A stretch of 47,961 nucleotides of DNA from an uncultured Methanosarcinales archaeon (lineage in GTDB: Archaea > Nanobdellota > Nanobdellia > Woesearchaeales > CAZKBD01), in assembly GCA_964550945.1 (NCBI GenBank), contig CAZKBD010000005.1, forward strand, positions 1-47,961. Reading direction: 5' to 3'. The notes under the pieces were generated by a model, which did not search any database, was not told the origin of the DNA, and saw nothing but the letters and a program-made list of their open reading frames with translations. A program made the translations under genes and the position numbers. Positions 27,718 through 36,921 of this stretch are shown here, piece after piece; positions within the stretch are counted from its first letter, which is position 1, and every line of letters starts with the position of its first letter.

Positions 27718-28077
27718 TTGTACTGCCTTGATAGCTATGCCTTGTGGGAAATTCAATTTGGAAACGAAAAATTTTTAAAATTCCTTACTGAAAAATTTGT
27801 TATAACCGATTGGACCTTGGCTGAGTTTTATAAAACAATGCTAAAGGAATACGACAAAAAAACCGCTGATTATTGGTTAAGCAGATTTAAATCATATTGC
27901 GAAAAAGTGGAAGTTGATGCTTTAATAAGGGCAGTTGTATTCCAACATACAAATAAAAAAGGAATTTCACTATTTGATGCAGTAGGGTATATCTTTTCAT
28001 TGGAAAATGATCTCAAGTTTGTAACCGGGGACAAGGAGTTCCAACATAGAGAAGGAGTTGAATTTATCAAAAAATAA
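27718..28077 (+). CDS. PIN-domain toxin (VapC-like)
   Basis: LDSYA, LAE, SLFDA and VTGD.EF motifs. Confidence 0.88.
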   Translation: MYCLDSYALWEIQFGNEKFLKFLTEKFVITDWTLAEFYKTMLKEYDKKTADYWLSRFKSYCEKVEVDALIRAVVFQHTNKKGISLFDAVGYIFSLENDLKFVTGDKEFQHREGVEFIKK

Positions 28078-28078
28078 A

Positions 28079-29344
28079 ATGACAACTAAATTCCCATTAT
28101 CAAAAAAACAAGTAATGGAGATGATTAGAATTTATCCAACGCCTTTTCATCTTTATGATGAGGCTTTAATTAGAGAGAATGCTAGGAGATTGAAAAAGGC
28201 TTTCAAAGATGTTTATGGGTTTAAAGAGTATTTTGCAGTAAAAGCGCTGCCTAATCCATTTATTCTGAAAATTTTAAAAGAAGAAAGGTTTGGAGCAGAT
28301 TGCAGCTCACTTCCTGAGTTGATATTGGCGCAGAAAGCAGGGATTAGTGGCGAGAGCATTATGTTCACCTCTAATGACACGCCAGGTGAGGAATATAAAC
28401 AAGCTTATAGATTAGGAGCTATAATCAATTTAGATGACATTAGCCATATCCCTTTTCTTGAAGAAAATGCTGGAATACCAGATTTAGTTTGCTTTAGATA
28501 TAACCCCGGCAAGTTAAGGCAGAGCAAGGGCTTTTTTATCGGAAAACCAGAAGAGAGCAAATATGGATTTACAAAAGAGCAGCTGTTTGAAGGCTATAAA
28601 ATCATGAAAGAGAAAGGAGTAAAAAGATTTGGAATACATACAATGATAGCCTCTAATGAATTAGACTATAGGTATTTCATTGAAACAGCTGAGATGCTAT
28701 TTGACCTAGTTGTTGAGATAAGCTCTAAAGTTGGAATTAGATTTGAGTTTATCAACATTGGCGGAGGAATAGGAATTCCGTATAAGCCTGACCAGAAACA
28801 AGTTCCTTATGAGAAGATTGCTGAAGGTGTAAAAAAGGCGTATCAAGCGAAGATTGTGAAAAATGGGCTGGCTCCTTTGAAGCTTTTTATGGAATGCGGA
28901 AGAGCGATTACTGGGCCTTATGGTTGGCTTGTTACTCAAGTCAGGCATTTGAAACACATCCATAAGGACTATGTTGGTTTAGATGCTTCAATGGCTAATT
29001 TAATGCGGCCAGGGATTTATGGAGCATACCATCATATAACTGTTTTAGGTAAAGAGAACTCTAAATCAACACATAAATATGATGTTACAGGCTCTTTATG
29101 CGAGAATAATGACAAGTTTGCAATAGACAGGATGCTGCCTGATATCTCGGTTGGGGATATACTTGTAATTCACGACACTGGAGCGCATGGCCATGCAATG
29201 GGATTCAATTATAATGGCAAATTGAGGTCAGCTGAATTATTATTAAGAGAAAATGGAAAAATTGTTGAGATAAGGAGAGCTGAAACAGCTGATGATTATT
29301 TTGCTACTCTGGATTTTGATAGGCTGAAGAAGTTCGAGGCGTAG
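28079..29344 (+). CDS. lysA: diaminopimelate decarboxylase
   Basis: FAVKA, ESKYG, NIGGG, ECGR, GSLCENND and GAHG motifs. Confidence 0.95.
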   Translation: MTTKFPLSKKQVMEMIRIYPTPFHLYDEALIRENARRLKKAFKDVYGFKEYFAVKALPNPFILKILKEERFGADCSSLPELILAQKAGISGESIMFTSNDTPGEEYKQAYRLGAIINLDDISHIPFLEENAGIPDLVCFRYNPGKLRQSKGFFIGKPEESKYGFTKEQLFEGYKIMKEKGVKRFGIHTMIASNELDYRYFIETAEMLFDLVVEISSKVGIRFEFINIGGGIGIPYKPDQKQVPYEKIAEGVKKAYQAKIVKNGLAPLKLFMECGRAITGPYGWLVTQVRHLKHIHKDYVGLDASMANLMRPGIYGAYHHITVLGKENSKSTHKYDVTGSLCENNDKFAIDRMLPDISVGDILVIHDTGAHGHAMGFNYNGKLRSAELLLRENGKIVEIRRAETADDYFATLDFDRLKKFEA

Positions 29345-29349
29345 TCTGT

Positions 29350-29610
29350 CTAACTCTCTAGAAAGTGTTCTATCTCGGCTTTTTTTTCGATATTTAGTGA
29401 AACATGTACTTCATGGGTTTTCATATGTTTATTAATGAATCCTGACCTGTATAGTTCATGCAAAGCTGTCCTTGTTTCTTTCCTGCCTATCAGGTGTTTT
29501 GGCAAACCCTTAAACATGTTTCTTTCTTCTGTGTGAGAAGCGCCCCACTTTGGTGGAGAAAAATCTCTTAATTTTCGGATGAAGAATTTCTGTATTGCCT
29601 GTTTTTCCAT
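29350..29610 (-). CDS. small basic hypothetical protein (possible wHTH/toxin)
   Basis: 86 aa; WG.SHT...KGLPKH; divergent from a wHTH gene. Confidence 0.55.
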   Translation of the reverse strand: MEKQAIQKFFIRKLRDFSPPKWGASHTEERNMFKGLPKHLIGRKETRTALHELYRSGFINKHMKTHEVHVSLNIEKKAEIEHFLES

Positions 29611-29717
29611 TCATTTGGCCCTAACTTTTAGGTTTATTAATGTTATGTACAATTATGATACATCACTGTTTCAAAACGAAACATTTAAATAGTAGCTCTT
29701 TCTTTCTAATTAACACA

Positions 29718-30053
29718 ATGGAAAAAACATTATTTGTCAGGTTTTTAGGAGATTCACCAAAGATAAGGGTTTTAGATATGCTTATAACAGGGCGCGAGTT
29801 AGATTATAGCATATCGGATATAGCAGAGCAAGCTGGGATAGGAAGGGCTACATTCTACAGGATGATGGACGAGTTACTACAAAATAAGATTATAATGCAA
29901 ACAAGGAAGTTTGGCAACATCCAACTCTACAAAATCAATGTTAATAATGAATTTGTAAAAGGGCTTGTTGATTTATACGACCATGTCATTAAGATTGCTT
30001 CTGAAAAGGAAATCAAAAGGCAGCATGAGAAAATCATTTTGGCTTCACGGTAA
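29718..30053 (+). CDS. winged-helix transcriptional regulator
   Basis: GDSP..RVLD.L, YSISDIA..AGIGRATFY and R..G...LY. Confidence 0.85.
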   Translation: MEKTLFVRFLGDSPKIRVLDMLITGRELDYSISDIAEQAGIGRATFYRMMDELLQNKIIMQTRKFGNIQLYKINVNNEFVKGLVDLYDHVIKIASEKEIKRQHEKIILASR

Positions 30054-30062
30054 ATCCATTAA

Positions 30063-30989
30063 ATGAAAATCAAAAAGAGGACATTAAAGATTGTCTGCAT
30101 TTTCTTTGTACTAATCATAGCCTTTTTAATTATTTATCTTACAAACAAAAACAAAGAGATATACAAGTTCGAGGACAACAGTTTTTCCTATTCAAAAAAT
30201 AGGGGAGAGCTGGAATATAGCCTTTACCTTAAATCAAAGAATTCAACCTTTGACATATATTACCTAAACTTCAAAAGCAGGAATTTTCTGGATTATGAAG
30301 CCAAAATTTATGGCCTGGTTTTAATACCTAATGGCAAGAGCAATTTTCCAGGGCTGATCTTATTGCCTGGCGGCGCAGTAAAAAAGGAATCAGAATTAAA
30401 TTTAGCTGTAAAGATCGCAGAGATGGGCATTTGTGTTTTTACGTTTGATCAGAGAGGGATTGGAGAGACAGGAGGAATTTATCTAGGCTTAGAGCAGGAT
30501 TATGCTATTTTTTCTAAAGGCAATGAGCCTATACAGCATTTATCCGTCTTTGATGCTTTGAGGGCCTATGATGCCATCAAAAAGGTAGATGGGATAGATA
30601 AAAACAATATTGCGATTGCAGGTGAATCAATGGGTGGAAGGTATGCAATAATTGCAGCAGCAATCGAAAAAAGGCTTAAAGGAGTAATAGTCATCAGCTC
30701 ATCTGGATTTGATTTTAAAAATGATCCTTCGCTTCCTTATAACTCTTATCTGCTATCTGTTGATCCTGACAGCTATATCGGCAGGATTTCTCCAAATTAT
30801 GTTTTCATGCTGCAGGGAACAAATGATTCTGTGGTTACATTAGCTAACGCAGAAAATACATTTGGAAAAGCAGCAGAGCCAAAGAAATTTTTTACTGCAG
30901 ATGGCTGCGGGCATGGATATTGCGACAAGATGTATGATGGATTGAAAGAAGCATTTGATATAATTTACGGGCAATCAAAATTGACATAA
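30063..30989 (+). CDS. membrane-anchored alpha/beta hydrolase
   Basis: GESMGG nucleophile elbow; G.ND..V and GH; N-terminal TM. Confidence 0.88.
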   Translation: MKIKKRTLKIVCIFFVLIIAFLIIYLTNKNKEIYKFEDNSFSYSKNRGELEYSLYLKSKNSTFDIYYLNFKSRNFLDYEAKIYGLVLIPNGKSNFPGLILLPGGAVKKESELNLAVKIAEMGICVFTFDQRGIGETGGIYLGLEQDYAIFSKGNEPIQHLSVFDALRAYDAIKKVDGIDKNNIAIAGESMGGRYAIIAAAIEKRLKGVIVISSSGFDFKNDPSLPYNSYLLSVDPDSYIGRISPNYVFMLQGTNDSVVTLANAENTFGKAAEPKKFFTADGCGHGYCDKMYDGLKEAFDIIYGQSKLT

Positions 30990-31025
30990 GCTTTTTATAT
31001 AACCTTATCCTTTTGTTTTACCACA

Positions 31026-32195
31026 ATGAAAATTGAGCCTTCAAAAAGAATAAAGTCAATAGGAAGCTATGCTTTTGCTGATGTAGACAATGAGGTTGCT
31101 AAGTTAAGAAAGCAAGGGATCACGCCTATAGATTTTGGAGTTGGCGATCCAAAAGACCCAACACCTGGTTTTATCAGGAATGACTGCAAAAGGGCAATCG
31201 ACAAAAGAAAGGATTCTGGATATCCAAGCTATATAGGCAGCTTGGAGTATAGAGAAGCAATTGCAAAATGGACTCAGAAAAGGTTTAAGATTACTTTAGA
31301 TGTTGAGAAGGAGATATGCTCTAATATTGGAGCAAAGGAAGCTGTTTTTAATTTTCATGAGGGATTTATCAATCCAGGGGATTGTGTATTAATCCCAAAT
31401 CCAGGCTATCCTCCTTATGAAAGAGGCACATTATTTGCAGAGGGCAAGCCTTATTTTTTAAATTTGGTTGCAGAGAATAAATTCTTGCCTGATCTGTCTT
31501 CTGTTCCAAAAGACATTGTTAAGAAATCAAAGCTGCTTTGGATCAACTATCCAAACAATCCGACAGGAGCAATGGCTACAAAGGAGTTTTTGAAAGAAGC
31601 GATTGATTTTGGCAGGGATAATGGCATAATAATCGGCAGTGATGAATGCTATAGTGAGATCTATTTTGAGGAAAAACCCTTGTCTATACTTGAATTAACC
31701 AGAGAGGGTGTTTTTGCAGTCCAGAGTTTGAGCAAAAGAAGCGCTATGACCTCTTACAGGGTTGGATGGCTTGCTGGCGATGAAAGCATAATATCTGTTT
31801 TTAAAAAGGTCAAGACAAATATTGACAGCGGAACTCCCCAATTCATTCAGGATGCTGCCATTGCAGCGCTTTCTGATGAAAAACATGTAGAAGAGTTTAG
31901 GTTTTCCTATAAGAAAAAGAGGAATGTAATATGCGATGCATTTAAATCAATTGGATTGAAGGATTGCAGGCCAGATGCGACTTTGTATATCTGGCAGAAG
32001 ATAAAATGCAGCTCAGTTGAATTTGCAAAAAAACTATTGCAAAAGCATGTTGCAATAGTAACTACTCCGGGCAATTGGATATCTACTGAATCTGATGGTG
32101 TAAACCCTGGAGAAGGATATGTCAGGCTGGCTTTAGTGCCTAGCATGGAAGAGTGCAAAAAGGCTGCTGAAAGGATAAGGAAGCTTAATCTGTAG
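31026..32195 (+). CDS. class I/II aminotransferase, probably LL-diaminopimelate aminotransferase (DapL/DapC-like)
   Basis: NYPNNPTG, DECY, SLSK...M..YRVG and KTNIDSG; dap gene context. Confidence 0.8.
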   Translation: MKIEPSKRIKSIGSYAFADVDNEVAKLRKQGITPIDFGVGDPKDPTPGFIRNDCKRAIDKRKDSGYPSYIGSLEYREAIAKWTQKRFKITLDVEKEICSNIGAKEAVFNFHEGFINPGDCVLIPNPGYPPYERGTLFAEGKPYFLNLVAENKFLPDLSSVPKDIVKKSKLLWINYPNNPTGAMATKEFLKEAIDFGRDNGIIIGSDECYSEIYFEEKPLSILELTREGVFAVQSLSKRSAMTSYRVGWLAGDESIISVFKKVKTNIDSGTPQFIQDAAIAALSDEKHVEEFRFSYKKKRNVICDAFKSIGLKDCRPDATLYIWQKIKCSSVEFAKKLLQKHVAIVTTPGNWISTESDGVNPGEGYVRLALVPSMEECKKAAERIRKLNL

Positions 32196-32452
32196 ATTTT
32201 GCCTTTTTTTCGTCACCACCTTGTTACATTTTCTCGTCGAAAAAATAACGAAAGCTATATAAATTAGCTATTTAATCTAAAATAAAACTTGGTTAGAGTG
32301 GTTAAAACGATAAACAAGAGTTTAGGGGGTTTGAAAGTCTTCTTTGATTATTTTGCGGAATGTAGTTTAAATAGTTCTATTGTGAAAAAAGAGAGATACA
32401 GTAATTTTAGATTTACAGGAAAATAAAAATAAAACGAATGGAGGGATTGAAG

Positions 32453-33589
32453 ATGGGAGAACAAAAATCTTTACACAGCATTTGTAGATGGACATTTAAT
32501 CCAGGCAAGGGGGGGTTTGTTCCTGCAGACCAAAGGCCAGAGTGGGGCAGCGGTTTTAGCACAGTGGATATGATCAGCCTAGTCAAAGAAAAAATCGCTC
32601 CAAGACTTCCTGATAATGTTGAACTTGGAGTAGAGATGCATTATGATACTGAGGTTAATGAGACGACAGCCCCAGCTGTTGCTAATGCTTTAGTTGATTC
32701 AGGGATACACTTAGCGATGATAACCCCTGGAGCTCATTCACACTGGGCATATGGGGGGATTACCTCATTAGATCCTGAAGAAAGGGCAGCCGCAGAAGAT
32801 TTTGGAAAAAGAACAGTGGATCTGGCGTATGGGCCTTTGAGAGCTGCTTGGCATCCTGATGCAGATAAAGCTCCTGCTCTTATTTTATGGAATGGCTCTT
32901 TTGGTTATGACCTGGCTACAATAGGGATTAGGCAAATGTACCAGAACCTAAAAGAAAGTGTTGCAGGATTGTGCAGGTATGAAGAGGGTTATGGCGGGGA
33001 GTTATATTTTGGATTTGAACCCAAGCCAAATGAAGGCCATCCTGCTATGTTGATACCGACAGTTGCGAGCGCATTGATTTTCTGGAGAAAACTTGAAGAC
33101 GAGTTTGGTGTTAGCAGGTCTCAGAAGGGTGTAAACAAAGAGTTTGGCCATTCAGAAATGATTGGGCTTGATCATGTATATGACACAGTGGAAGAATTAG
33201 ACAACAAAGCAATGGTCCATATGCACCTAAACAGCCAAGGTTATAATGACGGGATTGTATTAGGTGGCCCTTGCAAGTATGACATAGATCATGGCGCAAG
33301 AGTGAATGGCATGAATGTCGCAATTGCAGGCCTTATACAGGAAGCAGGCTTTAATCGCTGGAAAGGCCATGATATGCAGACAAGAGCATACGATAATGTA
33401 GATCAGGGTATTGATAGGGTAGTAAGAAGCGTAATAAGCTGGGAAGCTTGTGCAAAATCAGCTGGAGAGTTAGATACCCGCCAATTAATGGCTTATTTAG
33501 CTGGAAGGGAAACTGCAAAAGCAGAAGATATGATGAGGCACGCTGTTGTGAAAGCTCATCAGTATTTTGATCAGATGTATCAAGGTTAA
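32453..33589 (+). CDS. xylose-isomerase-family sugar isomerase
   Basis: FEPKPNEG, NKEFGH, HMHLN and D.D metal-ligand motifs. Confidence 0.8.
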   Translation: MGEQKSLHSICRWTFNPGKGGFVPADQRPEWGSGFSTVDMISLVKEKIAPRLPDNVELGVEMHYDTEVNETTAPAVANALVDSGIHLAMITPGAHSHWAYGGITSLDPEERAAAEDFGKRTVDLAYGPLRAAWHPDADKAPALILWNGSFGYDLATIGIRQMYQNLKESVAGLCRYEEGYGGELYFGFEPKPNEGHPAMLIPTVASALIFWRKLEDEFGVSRSQKGVNKEFGHSEMIGLDHVYDTVEELDNKAMVHMHLNSQGYNDGIVLGGPCKYDIDHGARVNGMNVAIAGLIQEAGFNRWKGHDMQTRAYDNVDQGIDRVVRSVISWEACAKSAGELDTRQLMAYLAGRETAKAEDMMRHAVVKAHQYFDQMYQG

Positions 33590-33670
33590 TTTTTTCCTTT
33601 TTTATTTTTTTAATTTAAAAAAGAGTGATACTATGAAGTATGCACTATAGGCAATTGAGGGTGATTGAAG

Positions 33671-34843
33671 ATGGAAATCAACATTAGACTAACTACAGAT
33701 CAAAATATGTTTACTACAGGCAGCCCTGTTGAATTAGGGAACTATGATGGACTTAGAGTTCTTGCAGGCAGCTATGATGGCCATGGGCTTCCATATTTAG
33801 ATGTCCAGAACAGTAGAGGGATGGTAAGGATATTAGCTAATCGGGGCCTTCAGGTATGGGGTGCTGAATTCGATGGCGAGAGATTAGGCATGGATTCATT
33901 GGTAAAGACGCCGCATCCTAAACCATTGGATCAGGAAGTTTCGTCAGATCCTGCAATAAGAACAAGGCAATATTTAGCTGATTATGGAGCGTATTCAGTT
34001 GGCTGTGGAGTAACTGTAATGGGATGCGCTGGCCCAGAAGACAACCACCCATTGCATGGCAATCTGCCATTGATGGGTTTTGAGTGCCCAGTTATATCGT
34101 GGGGAGAGGATAAATCTGGAAAGTTGGTAACTATAGCTGGATTTTCTCAGGAGGGGCTTAACGGATCAATGGACAGGGCATATATTGTTAAGAGGGAAGT
34201 TACCATTAATGACAAAACAGCCCTGATACACCTTGCAACAACTACATATAATAGGGGATTAGGTGATCTGGACTTTATGTTTTTAGAGCATATTAATCAT
34301 AGAAAAGTTGACGGCTCAAGAGTTATCTTCTATCCCGATCTACAAAATCTTAGGGTAAGGGAGCAGGATCCAGGGCATATATCTAGCTTAAGTCCAGCTG
34401 AGCAAATAGCTTACCAAGCATTAAAGAATGCTGCAAGAGAAAATCCGCAACAATTTATGCATGTTAATCTAGGCAGGCCTATTTTCCCTGAGCTAGTTTT
34501 CTATGGAGAGCAGCATGGAGATTACGCAATTGCAGCTCAAGTAAGAGCTGATGGATCTGCAGATATTACTGCATATGACCCAAGAGAGCTTAAACAGCTA
34601 GTAATCTGGATGAGGGATGCAACAGAAGAGCAAGCAGAAAGAGAAGGATTTGCAGTTACCAATTCGCTTGGCTTGCTTCCTGCAACTGGAAAGCCTGAAG
34701 GGTATTCTCAAGCTAAAAAGGATGGAGAGGTTGGAATCGTAAATCCTGATCAATCCAGAACTGCGAATATAGTATTGGGGCGATTAAACAGAGAGGAATT
34801 ACTAGTTACTATCCCTGATTTAGAGAAAAGGTTAAGGGCTTAA
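33671..34843 (+). CDS. aldose-1-epimerase-like protein (DUF4432-like)
   Basis: RGL.VW.A, GCG...G, HPLHG and H.N motifs. Confidence 0.7.
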   Translation: MEINIRLTTDQNMFTTGSPVELGNYDGLRVLAGSYDGHGLPYLDVQNSRGMVRILANRGLQVWGAEFDGERLGMDSLVKTPHPKPLDQEVSSDPAIRTRQYLADYGAYSVGCGVTVMGCAGPEDNHPLHGNLPLMGFECPVISWGEDKSGKLVTIAGFSQEGLNGSMDRAYIVKREVTINDKTALIHLATTTYNRGLGDLDFMFLEHINHRKVDGSRVIFYPDLQNLRVREQDPGHISSLSPAEQIAYQALKNAARENPQQFMHVNLGRPIFPELVFYGEQHGDYAIAAQVRADGSADITAYDPRELKQLVIWMRDATEEQAEREGFAVTNSLGLLPATGKPEGYSQAKKDGEVGIVNPDQSRTANIVLGRLNREELLVTIPDLEKRLRA

Positions 34844-34844
34844 A

Positions 34845-35945
34845 ATGTCATTAGAATTAGACCACCTTGATAGCGCAACAGGAGTAAGAGAATTAGGATT
34901 AGAAGGATTTGAAAAAGCAGGAGGCATTTGGAGATTAAGGAATAATGACGTTGAAATGCTTCTTTCTGCTTATGGCCTTGCTACTATAAGAGTGACTGTT
35001 CCTGACAGAAATGGCAGGCTAAAAAATATCGTATTAGGATATAGGTCTTTGGAAGAATATCAAAGAGACACAAGCTGTCAAGGCAGAATTGTTGTGCCTC
35101 ATGCAAACAGAATAGGTCCTGCTTCTTATAGAGATGATAAAACTGGAGAAACAGTTAATTTATTTGCGAATAATGGTAATTTTAATAATCTTCACAGTGG
35201 AGTATGCCCTGGTAGCATATGGATTCAAGGTATTAATAATGAGTGGCATATTAAACACCAAACAAGAACAGGGCTTGAGTTTGGTCTAGAGTTTGTGGAT
35301 GGCCATGGGGGTTTTCCTGGGCCTATACATTGCAATGCGTTGGTCGGGCTTTCAGATAATGGCACTGCTTCAAAAAGAATTACTCAATGGAGTGAAAGTT
35401 ATGTAGGCGTGCCTTTAGATGCAACTGACCACACTTATTTTAATCCGCATGGAGTGGATTTAGGCAGAACTGTCCATGATCTTTTGTTCAGGACAAATGC
35501 TACTATGTATGTTGAAGTAGATGGACATAAGATTCCATTGCCAGAAAATGCATTAGTATCAGTTGATGGCACAAGGTATGATTTTCGTGAAGAAAGGCAC
35601 ATTGGTAACCAACCCTATTTTGGAAAAGATGGATATGATGTTCGTTTAGTAGCTCCAGACGGACATCCTATTGAAGCGACTCTTGTCTCTAGATTTAGCG
35701 GGATAGGGATTGAATGCACATCAGACAGAAGAACAGCCCAATTTTATACTGCAAGCGCAATGTCTCACAAATCAACAGAGCCTGCAGGAAGATTTAGCGC
35801 TGTGTGCATAGAGCCAGGTAAAATAACCAATGGCCCAAATAATCCTAACCTTTGCGCTTTGCTAGGAGTTAATCCTGTATTGTACAGAAAAGGCGATGCT
35901 CCAGATGTTGTTACAATCAATTATAGGTTTTTTGTTGATAAATGA
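34845..35945 (+). CDS. aldose 1-epimerase (GalM-like mutarotase)
   Basis: VPDRNG...NIVLGY, ANRI, LHSG, GFPG, HTYFN, QFYT and C.E motifs. Confidence 0.85.
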   Translation: MSLELDHLDSATGVRELGLEGFEKAGGIWRLRNNDVEMLLSAYGLATIRVTVPDRNGRLKNIVLGYRSLEEYQRDTSCQGRIVVPHANRIGPASYRDDKTGETVNLFANNGNFNNLHSGVCPGSIWIQGINNEWHIKHQTRTGLEFGLEFVDGHGGFPGPIHCNALVGLSDNGTASKRITQWSESYVGVPLDATDHTYFNPHGVDLGRTVHDLLFRTNATMYVEVDGHKIPLPENALVSVDGTRYDFREERHIGNQPYFGKDGYDVRLVAPDGHPIEATLVSRFSGIGIECTSDRRTAQFYTASAMSHKSTEPAGRFSAVCIEPGKITNGPNNPNLCALLGVNPVLYRKGDAPDVVTINYRFFVDK

Positions 35946-35973
35946 TTAATGGAAAATATTGGAGGCAATAAAA

Positions 35974-36885
35974 ATGACAGAACAAAGATTTATTTCAGCA
36001 GCTAATGATTATCAAGAGATGGTTGTTAAGCCTTGGTTAGAGGCAAATCATGATGCATATGGGCCAGGACAACAGGGGTTTGTCCATGATTTAAGTGATC
36101 CAACTCATGTTAGAGCTCTAACAACTAAAGGATTGGATATTAAAATCGGAGAGGATGGATTAATGTGTACCTATCTTCCATTTGGTTTACAAGGTATGAT
36201 TATGATCAATTCCGGAAGTTTTTATCATAATGTTGCTAAAGCAGCCGAAGGTGGAGAAGCAAGGGTTGAATCTGTTTTAAAAGGCAATGCTCAGGCTTAT
36301 GATTATGTATCATTAGCTGATAAAGTTTTTGCTAAAGATTGTCCGGTTTTAGTAGATATTGTTGGCTCATCTCCAGCACAGGTCGGAGCTACTCTTGTAC
36401 ATGGCAATGCAAAATATTCTTTTCAATTGATTGAGTATCATCCTTCTTCTAATGAAGGCATGATTGCTATGTATGTGCCTGCTTTTGCTTTTGTAACTCC
36501 CAGTTATTATTGGGAGCGCAATACTCCTCATGTTGATGTAAGGGATGGAGCATTAGTTATGATTCCAGAGGGAAAGATGGCTGTACTTGGTTCAGATGCA
36601 GGTCATCTATTCCCAGTAGGATATGGTATAGCTGGAATATTGCTTGCTTCTGGAACAGGCCAAGAGCAATTCCAGACAAGGTATGAACAAGATATGCACC
36701 GTCAAAATGGAGGCCAGCCAGTGCATAACAAATTACTTTTAGCTGTTGATGAGATCAGGGCAGCTGAAAACACCAAAGGAGTTATTGTTGGCGATTCAAA
36801 ATCAGCGCAAGGAACCATGGAAGAACTAGTAAGACAATTCCAACTACAACAATCAAGTTTAGTGGATATCTTAGAAGGAAGATGA
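35974..36885 (+). CDS. hypothetical protein, possibly divergent class II aldolase (RhaD-like)
   Basis: Weak resemblance (SGSFYHNV, IPEG, AE near C-terminus) plus operon context. Confidence 0.4.
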   Translation: MTEQRFISAANDYQEMVVKPWLEANHDAYGPGQQGFVHDLSDPTHVRALTTKGLDIKIGEDGLMCTYLPFGLQGMIMINSGSFYHNVAKAAEGGEARVESVLKGNAQAYDYVSLADKVFAKDCPVLVDIVGSSPAQVGATLVHGNAKYSFQLIEYHPSSNEGMIAMYVPAFAFVTPSYYWERNTPHVDVRDGALVMIPEGKMAVLGSDAGHLFPVGYGIAGILLASGTGQEQFQTRYEQDMHRQNGGQPVHNKLLLAVDEIRAAENTKGVIVGDSKSAQGTMEELVRQFQLQQSSLVDILEGR

Positions 36886-36921
36886 TTATAATATCGCTGT
36901 TTGATGTTAATGGAGGGGAAA

